Notes: a model not told the origin generated them from the sequence alone. Numbered from the stretch's first letter, positions 1 to 10,347 are shown. The stretch: DNA of 20,000 nucleotides from Chiloscyllium plagiosum (GCF_004010195.1 NC_057754.1:11283996-11303995), one strand, 5' to 3'. Numbers and translations: made by a program.

Positions 1-77
1 TAGTGATTCTTTCGTTATGGACCGCCCGGTAAACAAGAACTGGGTAAATGCTGTGTTTACCCTTTCATGTCCTTTGG

Positions 78-143
78 AATTTTAGAGAATTCTATAAGAT
101 CCTTCCCTCTTCATTCTTCTAAACGCCAGTGAATGCAGTCCAT
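78..143 (-). mobile_element. Short degraded CR1 LINE ORF2 3' fragment
   Basis: 'tctataagatccttccctcttcattcttctaaacgccagtgaatgcagtcc' resembles the reverse complement of the CR1 segment encoding 'LGLYSLEFRRMRGDLIE' (compare 6050-6120 and 12497-12540). Confidence 0.5.
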
Positions 144-1234
144 TGACTTTTACACTCTGGTTTTGGACTGCCTAGTCATTGAGAACATCTTTTTATTGTT
201 GGAAATAACCTGCAACTATACTGATGGATAGTACCCACATGTCTGGCAGTAATTGCCAGGGTCGAACTGAGAGTCTTGACTGCTGTAGTCACCTTCATGA
301 ATGAAATCCAAAAATGGCAACCATGAATTATTCCACAAACCTCTCCATAGATGATTCGTGGGGACATATACCGATTTCTTTTTCTTATATGCAGCAGAGT
401 TCAAAGTGATTTAAAAAAAATTCTGCAAGGATGATGCTACTCTCCATTATCAGATAACGCTGCCTGATTTGTAACACAGCAGTGGAAAAGTTATGTGATT
501 GATAATACATCCATTCCCTTCCTTGATCTAACAAGATTAATTCTGATTAATTCTCATTTAATTCTAAAAGTGCTCAAAATTGGAATCAATACTTTATTAC
601 TTAGCAATATTTTGATGAATGGAAACTTTGTTTTTTGCTTTTCCCGTAGGAATTTATTTCCATAATCCCAAATGATCCTGGAATTATTACAGAAGTTAAA
701 GATATTTAGAATGACTGCCTGAAATTCAATTCCCCAATTTTCCTGATTCTTAGATGCTGGTTGATAGAAAACACAGGAGTAGGTCTCTGTACTGAACAAG
801 AATCACCATTTATTCTGAGTAATGAGACTTTAGCTTTATGTAGACATTTATAAACTATTGGCATATGACATAACAAACTTAAATTGTAATCGCTTTATAA
901 ACTCCTTCCACACAGACAGACAGGCAACAGGCATGGGCAATACATTATGGGCGACGGAAATGGGTAGGAAACGAATTCAGTGGTCCATATTCCCGGGCTG
1001 TCGAGATGATCCTGATGATTCCTACACTGGTCAGTATGTTGTTTTTCGGTCCATCTTCTCCGAATCTCTTCACAGGTTTGTAAGCTGAATTACTTTTGGC
1101 AAGCCATTTAAAACTGAATTACCAGACATCAATTAAATGGTTTGACTGACTGCAAATCGCAGTAGGATGGCAGTTAGGTTTTCAAGCGAGAAACTCTGAG
1201 GATAGCAAGCCACTTTGAATTGAGATTGATGTCA

Positions 1235-1560
1235 CCCTGACTATTAGGGAGTCTATAATACAATCCCACTAATGTGAGCATCCCTTTCTTATTTCTCAGT
1301 TCAACCCAAATAACTTCCCTGGATGTATTTCCAGGAATATCCTCCCTCAGTACAGCTGTAATGCTATCCCTTATCAAATGCCACTACCCCTCCTTTCTTG
1401 CCTCCTTCCTGTCCTTCCTGTAGCATTTGTATCCTGGAACATTAAGCTGCTAGTCCCGTCCATCTCTGATATCCCAGTCCCATGTTTCTAACCATGCCCT
1501 GAGTTCATCTGCCTTCCCTCTTAGGTCTCTTGCATTGAAATGGATGCAGTTTAATTGATC
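1235..1560 (-). pseudogene. CR1 ORF2 N-terminal APE endonuclease remnant
   Basis: LNCIHFNARDLRGKADELRAWLETWDWDI...QLNVPGYKCYRKDR...IRDSITAV...EVIWVELRNKKGMLTLVGLYYRLPNS. The expected 'AITETW' motif is deleted. Confidence 0.88.
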
Positions 1561-1564
1561 AGTC

Positions 1565-2597
1565 CTACCTTGTTCTCTGCTTTGTCCCTACCTGCCCTGA
1601 CTGTTTCGCCTTTGTTCTCAACTGTACCAGTCTCACATTGAAATCTTTCCTCATTATCCTCCTGGGTCTTGCCTCCTTCCCTCCCCACCATACTTCCTCC
1701 CAAGCATCTCTAGCAAATCTCCCTGCCAGTATATTAGTCCCTTCCAATTTAGGTGCAATCCATCTTTCTTGTACAGGTCACTTCTATCCCCAAACAGCTT
1801 CCAAGGATCCAAAAATGTGAATCCTTCTCCTGTACACCAGCTCCTCAGCCATGCATTCATCTGCTTTCTCCTCCTATTCCTGCCATCACTAGCTCATATC
1901 ACCGGGAGTAATCCAGATGGTATTACTCTTGAGGACCTCCTTTTTAAGTTCCTGCCTAACTTTCTGTGATCTCCCTTCAGAATCTCAACCTTTTCCCTTC
2001 CTGTGTCGTTGGTTCCAATGTGGACAATGACCTCCTGCTTGTCCCTCTCCCCCTCTGAGACATCCTTGATCCTGGCACCAGGGAAGCAACATACCATTCT
2101 GATTTCTCGCTGCTGGCTACAAAAACGTCTGTCTGCACCTCAGACTAGAGAGTCCCCGAACACAATTGATCGCTTGGAACCCGACATACCTCTCATTGCA
2201 TTAGAGCTAGTCTCAATACCAGAATTTTGGTTGTTCGTGCTACGTACCCCTGAGTGTCCATCACCCCCTACGTTTTCCAAAACAGCATACTTGTTTTAAA
2301 TGTGGATAGTCACAGAAGACTTCTGCACTACCTGCCTATTTCGCTCAACTTTCCTGGAGTTAAACCATCTATGTGACTGTATCTGAGACATCCCCCCTTC
2401 CTATAACTGCCATCCATCACATCCCTTTGCTCTTGTAAATTCCTCATTGCCTCTAACTGCCTCTCCAACTGATCCATTTGATCTGATAGGATTCACAACC
2501 AATGGCATTTATTGCAGATATAATCCTCACCAACCTGTAAACTCTCCCTAAACTCCCATATCCAACAAGAAGAGCATATAACTCCACTAAGGGCCAT
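1565..2597 (-). pseudogene. CR1 ORF1 remnant: CxxC zinc finger/coiled coil plus SGNH/GDSL esterase domain
   Basis: ATG at 2597 gives MALSGVICSSCWIW...YICNKCHWL*ILSDQMDQLERQLEAMRNLQE. Later blocks are SIVFGDSLV (block I), CFPGARIKDV (block II), VIVHIGTND (block III) and YKKDGLHLNWKG (block V). Disrupted by stops and frameshifts. Confidence 0.88.
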
Positions 2598-2960
2598 TTT
2601 TGCTTCTTTCAATCTACAGATCCAGAAAATAACACTGTCTTATTCTTCTACAAAACACTGCTCTAGGTTAAATTAATACTTATGGCTTAGATTTTAAGTT
2701 TAATTCAGAGACATAGTTCAATAAAACATATAATCCAGAAATAACCCACTCTACTCACTACTGCAGACTTATTTTAGGGCTGCGCTTAAAACCCACTTCT
2801 CTGCTTCTGTGCTCTGACCTTTCCCAAACAGGTCCCTCCAAGATCAGTTGTGAATTACACTGTTTTTAAATTTTCCCAGATGAACTCCGATGTCCAGCGA
2901 TAAATGCATTCAACAGCAAAGGCAGTAACTGCTAACTCTGTCAGTAAGCAATGTGGGTTT

Positions 2961-2979
2961 CTTTCTCTCTCTCTCTCTC
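2961..2979. repeat. (CT)n microsatellite within the CR1 5'UTR
   Basis: ctttctctctctctctctc. Confidence 0.8.
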
Positions 2980-3052
2980 CTGCACTGACCTCACCATGTG
3001 CTTCCTTTTTCCGGTCCTTCATCTTGGATCCTTGTCAAAGATTATATTTCTT

Positions 3053-3302
3053 TTACATTAAATTAGATTCCCTACAGTGTGGGAACAGGCCATTCGGCCC
3101 CACAAGTCCACACCGACCCTCCGAAGAGTAACCCACCCAGTCCCATTTCCCTCTGACTAATGCACCTAACACTATGGGCAATTTAACATGGCAATTCACC
3201 TAGCCTGCACATCTTTGGACTGTGGGAGGAAACCGGAGCACCTGGGGGAAACCCACGCAGACACGGGGAGAATGTGCAAACTCCACACAGATAGTCTCCT
3301 GG
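3053..3302 (-). mobile_element. HE1-type shark SINE (V-SINE core), 5'-truncated
   Basis: The minus strand has the V-SINE core 'tgtgtggagtttgcacattctccccgtgtctgcgtgggtttcccccaggtgctccggtttcctcccacagtccaaagatgtgcagg', then a CR1-like tail 'gggccgaatggcctgttcccacactgtagggaatctaa'. The tRNA-derived head is missing. Confidence 0.88.
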
Positions 3303-3478
3303 AGACATTGCACTCCTACCCGTCCTCTCAATCATTGATATCGATTATAGATGGCTATGGCTTTAGCAGCATTTCCTCCCGACCCTCCCACTAGAGCCAC
3401 CTCCCGAAGCTGGAAATATCTATGTTCACTCTCCACCTGTCAAGGGGTGTTTGTTGGGAACAATGTAGATGGGGTATC

Positions 3479-3643
3479 TCACTCCAAACCAAATACCGTG
3501 CTGTAGCTGTTCTCAGAATGTTTAGTAAAGATGGTGTGGAAGGCGATTTCATCTGTCTCGAACACAGGATTGTTAATTCCCTGGTATCTACACAGGACAA
3601 TGTTTCTCTTTGCATAGCCTCCGGTGTCACTGCCCTGCAAATT
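3479..3643 (-). other. Candidate spliced exon of an unidentified gene
   Basis: Acceptor 'actcatttactccatctcccaacAG' precedes an open frame NLQGSDTGGYAKRNIVLCRYQGINNPVFETDEIAFHTIFTKHSENSYSTVFGLE*. No homology recognised. Confidence 0.25.
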
Positions 3644-3794
3644 CTGTTGGGAGATGGAGTAAATGAGTTCTTGCAAAATTAAATGCACTCGATTAAAGAA
3701 TGCCTGGATGTCAGATTAAGGAAAGACATTCACACAGTTGGTCCAGGCTCAAAACTCATGTCTCAGCCTTACTCTGTGACAAACTGCAAAAAAA

Positions 3795-3935
3795 AAAGGA
3801 GATATTTTAAGAATTTGCAGATGACACGCACATTGGCACTGGAGTAAATAGGGAAAAGTAGAGGAGCGGACTTTAGCAGGATAAAGGCAGAAGATGTTTA
3901 CAGTCAGTCTGAAGCTGGAAGTGATCCACAGTTTT
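3795..3935 (+). mobile_element. Ancient degraded CR1 RT fragment
   Basis: 'tttgcagatgacacgcacattggcactggagtaaatagggaa' translates to FADDTHIGTGVNRE, matching the CR1 RT motif [11 protein letters not shown]. Confidence 0.5.
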
Positions 3936-4066
3936 CCTGATGCCGTATCAGTGAAACAGTCACCCCAAGGCTTTCTTCGCTGGATGGTCAATTGATATGA
4001 ATTCATGTAAAATAGACATGAGCGAGATGAGAGCTTTCTGTTCGTGATCGGGGGCACAACACTCAC

Positions 4067-4074
4067 CCAGCGTC
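4067..4074 (-). other. Candidate 8-nt microexon (GACGCTGG)
   Basis: Minus strand reads 'agcCTGACctcttctccgcAG|gacgctgg|GTGAGT': branch point consensus, pyrimidine tract, AG, 8 nt, then a consensus donor. Confidence 0.3.
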
Positions 4075-4232
4075 CTGCGGAGAAGAGGTCAGGCTTTTAT
4101 TTAAACCAAATCACACCCTGACACTGCAAACCCTCAAAGTAACTAAGGAATGAACATTTATAAAACACACTATATTTGAGGTCGTGTTCCGAATCTGTCA
4201 CAGAGTTTTAATTTAGAATCTAACAAGTGTAT

Positions 4233-6483
4233 AGAACTTCCGAAAGCTGATTGTAGGCAGATGATCGCAAGTAAAGGGACGGTTGGAAAATGGGAAGCCT
4301 TCAGAAGTGTCAGTGGGGGAGCACTTTGGGGCCAGCGACCATAATTCTATCTGTTTTAAAATAGTGAAGGAAAAGGATAGACCAGATCTAAAAGTTGAAG
4401 TTGTAATTGGAGAAAGGCCAATTTTGACGGTATTAGGCAAGAACTTTTGAAAGCTGATTGGAGGCAGATGTTCGCAGGTAAAGAGACGGCTGGAAAATGG
4501 GAAGCCTTCAGAAATTAGATAAGAAGAATCCAGAGAAAGTATATTCCTGTCAGGGTGATAGGGAAGGCTGGTAGCTATAGGGAATGCTGGATGACGAAAG
4601 AAATTGAGGGTTTGGTTAAGAAAAAGAAGGAAGCATATGTCAGGTATAGACAGGATGAATATGAATCCTTAGAAGAGTGAATCCTTAGAAGAGTATAAAG
4701 AAAGTAGGAGTATACTTAAGAGGGAAATCAGGAGGGCAAAACGGGGACATGAGATAACTTTGGCAAATAGAATTAAGGAGAATCCAAAGGGTTTTTACAA
4801 ATATATTAAAGGATATAGAAGATATAGACTGTAGGGAAATAGATGGTGACATCTTGCAAAATGTCCAGATTACAGAGGAGGAAGTGCTGGATGTATTGAA
4901 ATGGTTAAAGGTGGATAAAACCCCAGGACCTGATCAGGTGTACCCGAGAACTTTGTAGGAAGCTAGAGAAGTGATTGCTGGGCCTCTTGCTGAGATATTT
5001 GTATCATCGATAGTCACAGGAAGATTGGAGGTTGGCAAACATGGCGCCACTGTTTATGAAGGGCGGTAAAGACAAGCCAGGGAACTATAGACAGGTTAGC
5101 CTGACCCCAGTAGTGGGCAAGTTGTTGGAAGGAATCCTGAGGGACAAGATGTCCATGTATTTGGAAAGGCAAGGACTATTAGGGATAGTCAACATGGCTT
5201 TGTGCATGGGAAATCATGTCTTACAAACTTGATTGAGGTTTTTGAAGAAGTAATGAAGAATATTGATGAGGGCAAAGCAGTAGATGTGATCTATATGGAC
5301 TTCAGTAAGGTGTTCAACAAGGTTCCCATGGGAGATTGGTGAGCAAGGTTAGATCTCATGGAATACAGGGAGAACTCACCATTTGGATACAGAACTGGCT
5401 CAAAGGAAGAAGACAGAGTGTGGTGGTGGAGGGTTGTTTTTCATACTGGAGGCCTGTGACCAGTGGAGTGCCACAAGGATCAGTGCTAGGTCCTCTACTT
5501 TTTGTCATTTACATAAATGATTTGGATGTAAGCATAAGAGGTACAGTTAGTAAGTTTGAAGGTGACACCAAAATTGGAGGTGTAGTGGACAGCAAAGAGG
5601 TTACCTCAGATTACAACAGGATCTGGACCAGATGGGCCAATGGGCTGAGAAGTGGCAGATGAAGTTTAATTCAGATAAGTATGAGGTGCTGTTTTTTGGG
5701 AAAGCTAATCTTAGCAGGACTTATACACTTAATGGTAAGGTCCTAGGGATTGTTGCTGAACAAAGAGACCTTGGAGTGCAAGTTCATAGCTCCTTGAAAG
5801 TGGAGTCACAGATAAATAGGATAATGAAGAAGGCTTTGGTATGTTTTCCTTTATTGGTCAGAGTATTGAGTACAGGAGTTGGGAGGTCATGTTGCGGCTG
5901 TACAGGACATTGGTTAGGCCACTGTTGCAATATTGCATGCAATTCTGGTCTCCTTCTTATTCGAAAGATGTTGTGAAACTTGAAAGGGTTCAGAAAAGAT
6001 TTACAAAGATGTTGCCAGGGTTGAAGAATTTGAGCTACAAGGAGAGGCTGAACAGGCTGGGGCTGTTTTTTTCTGGAGCATCGGAGGTTGAGGGGTGACT
6101 TTATAGAGGTTTACAAAATTATGAGGGGCATGGATAGGATAAATAGACAAAGTATTTTCCCTGGGGTCGGGGAGTCCAGAACTAGAGGGCATCGTTTTAG
6201 GGTGAGAGGGGAAAGATATAAAAGAGATCTAAGGGGCAACTTTTTCATGCAGAGCGTGGTACGTGTATGGAATGAGCTGCCAGAGGAAGTGGTGGAGGAT
6301 GGTACAATTGCAACATTTAAGAGGCATTTGGACGGGTTTTTGAGTGGGAAGAGTTTGGAGGGATGTGGGCCGGGTGCTGGCAGCTAAGACTAGATTGGGT
6401 TGGGATATCTGGTCGGCATGGACAGGTTGGACCAAAGCGTCTGTTTCCATGCTGTATACCTCTATGACTCTATGACTCTATGA
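4233..6483 (+). mobile_element. CR1 LINE 3' half (end of APE, RT, C-terminus, 3'UTR, tail), disrupted
   Basis: Translates to [69 protein letters not shown] (decayed FADD), LYRTLVRPLLQYCMQFWSP and RGDFIEVYKI...VWNELP. Ends in a (ctatgact)n tail at 6462-6483. Confidence 0.95.
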
Positions 6484-6584
6484 GGTATTAATTTATCAAA
6501 TGCCACACTCTTCCACCATTGATTCAACTTATGAGTTGTATAAACATAGAACTTGCTACTAAACATATCTCCTGGAGGTAATGG

Positions 6585-6630
6585 TGTGCGTGTGTGTGTG
6601 AAAGAGAGAGACAGAGTGTGTGTGAAGAGA
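6585..6630. repeat. Compound (GT)n/(GA)n microsatellite
   Basis: gtgcgtgtgtgtgtgaaagagagagacagagtgtgtgtgaagaga. Confidence 0.75.
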
Positions 6631-7129
6631 AAACTGCTAAGGGATATTTGTATCTTCAGTGAAAGGGAAAATCTGCCACAGAAAGATTCTAAGTAATATT
6701 TCCTCACATCCTGAACACAATCCCCTGGCAATAGCTGGAAATGTACCGTTTGTCCGAAGAATTGTTGTCTCTGCATCATGGAAACTATCTGACAGCATCA
6801 ATGCCCCCTGGACAACAAAGTTTCCTAATCACCATTTTAAACAGAAGCATTGATAATTTTTCTGTTCTTCGTCTGAACATGAATCACATTTCACGTTATA
6901 TTTTCCAGTCAATGCTTTAAGTATAATTCACATTATACAGATGGCCAAATAGATGATGTGATGAGACGTCGTGGCCTCTGTTACACACCGTACCTTCATG
7001 TTACAATGTTATAATATTCAGTCAGAAAATTGCCCACTCTCAGGGACAAATCCTCATTGGATCTGAAAGTTGGCATTTGGCAGGAAATTATGATCTTATT
7101 ATGTCACAAAGTTAGATTGTAAATTTCTG

Positions 7130-7410
7130 CTGCACATGCTCAGTTCTCAACGTTGTATTCCATCTGCCATTACTTGCTCATTCAGTGAACATGTCCATAC
7201 CTGTGAATAGCCTCATTGGTCGTCCCCACAGTTTTCTCTCCGATTCAAAATGATATTTTCCGTGATGCTGGAGATATTAGATTCGTCCCATGCGTCTAAA
7301 TTACTGATAAGGATTTTAAATTGCTTTTGGCTTTAGCAGTGACTCTTCTGACACCAACCAACACCAGCTCATCGGACTGGAAATGACCCCGTTTACTGTC
7401 CCCAGCCAAT
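7130..7410 (-). mobile_element. Ancient, heavily degraded CR1 RT fragment
   Basis: 'ttgtattccatctgccattacttgctcattc' is the reverse complement of the 'WA..WQMEYN' segment. Following blocks 'tctaaattactgataaggattttaaa' and 'tttagcagtgactcttctgacacc' fall in the order expected for IYINDL and GVPQGSVLG. Confidence 0.5.
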
Positions 7411-8309
7411 CCTCGTTGTGGAAGAATCACTCAATGTTCTATAACAAAAAGGTTGCCAGGAGACGCAGAAAATTCTTCAAGAAATTGCACAATCGAAGCT
7501 GTGAGAGCAGCAAAATATTTTCCTGACTCCCCAAAATCTCTTTGTTCTCCTGCAATTTATACAGTTATTCTTCCCGTGCTTATGTGATAGCATTAACATA
7601 CAACATCATCACATTACAACATCATCATCTTCAGCATTAGTTCATCTCCCAGTGATTTAACTAACCTATCACAATGCACCACCATTATCTGTTACTGGAG
7701 GCCTGTAACATGATCCCGGGCATACACTGCAACACTAACTTAACTACATAACTGCCAGAATAACTTCCATGTATTCTATCCCCAACCCTCAACCCCAGGA
7801 CACAGCAAACACTGGTATGCAGTCTGTCTTAACATTGCAATTTTAAAAATATATATTCAGAGAACTGTCAGAGATGGGGACGGTGGAAAACACAGAAAGT
7901 AAGCAGGCAGGCAAATAGAGTGGGAGAGAGGGAGCAGAGGGATACAGAAATGACAGACAAAGCGTGCGAGGGAAAACTGTGGGGGCTCACTGAACCGAAT
8001 CTCATATTGAATGAGGTTACAACATCCAGATTCAAATACACCTCAACTGCCCACAAATTTAAGGTTTTAAACGTGATTATAACTACAAATTCTGAGACTC
8101 ACACTGATTGTTAAAAATTCAATAACGAGATGACCAGGTCTCTCGGGCCAGGTGCCCGTTTTAGCATTGATATCCTTTAGTTTACACTACCTGTCTCAGA
8201 CTTTCACCCGAAATGAGTCACCAAACTTGCCTCAGCATTTTAGTGAGCTTCCATGTGTCTGTCTATTTCATCAACCTGCCTAGAATCCTCTGAATCCCAT
8301 GCCATCACT

Positions 8310-8980
8310 CTAGGTGAACTTGTAAACCAGTCCAGGGAAACGGGAAAGCTGCAGGAAACAACTTGCATGGCAAATGCTACGTTGGCCTTCAATGCAAGAG
8401 AACTGGATTTTAGAAGTAGGGATAACTTCTTGGTACACGGTCTTGGTGAGATCAGAGGTGGATGAATTTATGCAGTGTGGATCTCCCTACTTTAGCGAGG
8501 AGATCCTTGCCATGGAGAGAATACAGCAGAAATTCACTAGGCGATGTCCCATTTGGAGAAGTTGGTTCATCTGGGCCTTGAATCAGAACAATGAGAGGCG
8601 GATCTGATTGAAACTTATTCAGTTTTAACAGGGTGGACAGGCTCGATGTAAGGAAGGTGTTTCCCTTGATGCAGGAGTCTCGAAGCAAAGGTCACAGTCT
8701 CAGGAAACTCGCTCGGCCATTTCAAACAGAGATAGGGAGAAGTTTCTTCACTCAATGGGTCGGCAACCTATGGAATTCTCTCCAACAGAAGGTTGTGGAG
8801 GTCAAGTCACTTAATATAATCTGGAAAGGGACTGCGCATGCTTTTAGAGGTTAAAGACATAACAGGTATGGAGAGAATATGGAAATATGGCACCGGCATA
8901 GAGGATCAACCATGAACTTTTAGAACGGGGGAACATGCTGAAAGGGCTGAATGGCTTATTGATGCTCGTGGTTTCTATGC
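8310..8980 (+). mobile_element. Old CR1 LINE 3' fragment
   Basis: Translates to ANATLAFNARELDFRS, LAMERIQQKFTR and DRLDVRKVFPLMQESRSKGHSLR...FFTQWVGNLWNSL. 3'UTR end 'aagggctgaatggcttattgatgctcgtggtttctatg'. Confidence 0.85.
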
Positions 8981-9343
8981 ACCTGTGGAGGTGAATGTCA
9001 CCGGATCGCAAATTCCTAAAAGTACCAGTGATTGCATTGAGGAAACACATCAATAGTTACTTTCATTCAGACATTCCTGGATCTCGAAAATGTGAATTTC
9101 CTTTGCAGACGCTCTTTACAGTTTTTCTGAGAATGAAAGTGGTCCACAGGATTCCTGACGTCTTCTCAATAAAACAGTCACAGCAAGACTTCTTTACTCT
9201 TGAAAGTCAAACGCTAACAAAGTTTGACACCTGACTAAATTCCTGGTTGCTAGCGGCCCCTGGACATTAACGTACTGTGTCATTCAGGGACAATGTAAAT
9301 ATAAAGAGTAAACGTAACTCAATGTCCTCCTAAAACTGAGGGA

Positions 9344-9465
9344 TTGCCATTTATTACCTTTGTTTCATAACTTAAGGGTATCCCAATGTGTTTTACAGGT
9401 AATCGAACTGTTTTGGAGCTTATTCAGCATTACTGAAGAAATGGGTGGGCAATTTCAGAGACAGA
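9344..9465 (-). mobile_element. Possible degraded DeuSINE-like (SacSINE1-type) 3' tail
   Basis: Loose resemblance to the recalled shark SINE tail 'ttgcatttatatagcgcctttcacgacctcaggacgtcccaaagcgctttacagccaatgaagtacttttgaag'. Compared from memory only. Confidence 0.35.
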
Positions 9466-9639
9466 GAGAGTTGCAGAGACTGGTACAGAGCCAGAGACAC
9501 AGCTACAGGATGAAACTGTCATGGAGATGTTTCAGAGCTGAGTGTGTGACATACACGAGCAGGACAGCAGCAGATAGTAGACAATCATTTCTGGTCATGC
9601 AGAGGAAGCTCTGTTTGTATATGGCACCATATTGAAGGT

Positions 9640-9960
9640 AGGTGGTACCAAAATTAGGAAGGGGCAAATTTTTGTAGGAGCACAACATTTTGGAAGAGTG
9701 TAAAGTAGGGAGTAATATTTTGAAGAGCAAAAATGTGGTAGCACAAATTTGTAAGGCAATATTTTCAGGATTAAAAAATTGGAGAGGAGAGCAATAATTG
9801 ATATATACAAATGGGTGGCACAAATTTGGGAGACACACAATATTGAGTGACAGGAATTTGTGGGGCAGATATTATGTGTGAATATTTGAGGGACAGAAAT
9901 TCAGGGGCAAATTGAATGGGAAATATTTGAAGGGAAAATTTGGGTAAATTGGAAAGACTT
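9640..9960 (+). repeat. Degenerate minisatellite, unit approximately gggca(c)aaatttg
   Basis: Recurring variants: ggggcaaatttttg, ggtagcacaaatttg, ggtggcacaaatttggg, ggggcagatatt, ggggcaaattg, gggaaatatttg, gggaaaatttggg. Confidence 0.7.
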
Positions 9961-10197
9961 GAAAAAAAGGAAAGGAGAGACAGGGGACGATAAAAAGAGA
10001 CAGACTGAGAAAAATAGACAGTGACTACTCCCTGTACCTGGAGCACTCCTCTCCCAGGCATGGAGCTAACTAAGAGGCCTTCTTGTGAGATTAAAGGCGG
10101 GGTGGGTGGGGGGTGAGGGTGGAATAGGTGTAACAGAAAGGCTCAGCTGAACAGTTCACTCTAATTGCTCCCGTCTGTGCCTCCCTCCCTCCCTCCT

Positions 10198-10327
10198 CTC
10201 ATTCCTGAAGAAGGGCCTGTGCCCGAAACGTCGAATCTCCTGTTCCCTGGATGCTGCCTGACCTGCTGTGCTGTTCCAGCAATAAAGTTTCAACTTTGAT
10301 CTCCAGCATCTGCAGACCTCACTTTCT
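10198..10327 (+). mobile_element. Short Penelope-like terminal repeat carrying a hammerhead motif
   Basis: Contains a hammerhead core, has a second copy at 15559-15652, and is flanked by cctccctcct at 10188-10197 and 10328-10337 (possible TSD, but low complexity). Confidence 0.7.
10201..10236 (+). ncRNA. Minimal type I hammerhead ribozyme motif with intact core
   Basis: attc-CTGAAGA-a-gggc ctgt gccc-GAAA-cg-TC-gaat. Stem I is attc/gaat, stem II is gggc/gccc, stem III is the palindrome ACGT, and the GUC cleavage triplet is at 10230-10232. Confidence 0.8.
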
Positions 10328-10347
10328 CCTCCCTCCTTGACCCGCTC

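Larger units (their letters stand above)
1235..3020 (-). mobile_element. CR1 LINE 5' half (5'UTR, ORF1, start of ORF2 endonuclease), 3'-truncated
   Basis: The minus strand reads 5'UTR with a (GA)n tract, then ORF1 remnants, then ORF2 APE remnants. Homology stops after 'LYYRLPNSQG' at about 1235. Confidence 0.9.

Noticed and set aside
176..404. Minus-strand ORFs of 62-63 aa followed by AATAAA
   Set aside because: No recognisable homology and no convincing acceptor; consistent with chance.
628..710. Plus-strand acceptor-like tttgcttttcccgtAG
   Set aside because: All three frames close within 20 codons and no partner exon or donor is evident.
1011..1040. Other CTGANGA matches (about 1012, 9433, 14854, 18896) as hammerheads
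   Set aside because: No stem II, GAAA and UH in the required arrangement.
5032..6387. Series of RT-like ORFs as a functional gene
   Set aside because: Frameshifted pieces of one dead CR1 ORF2; the catalytic FADD reads FEGD.
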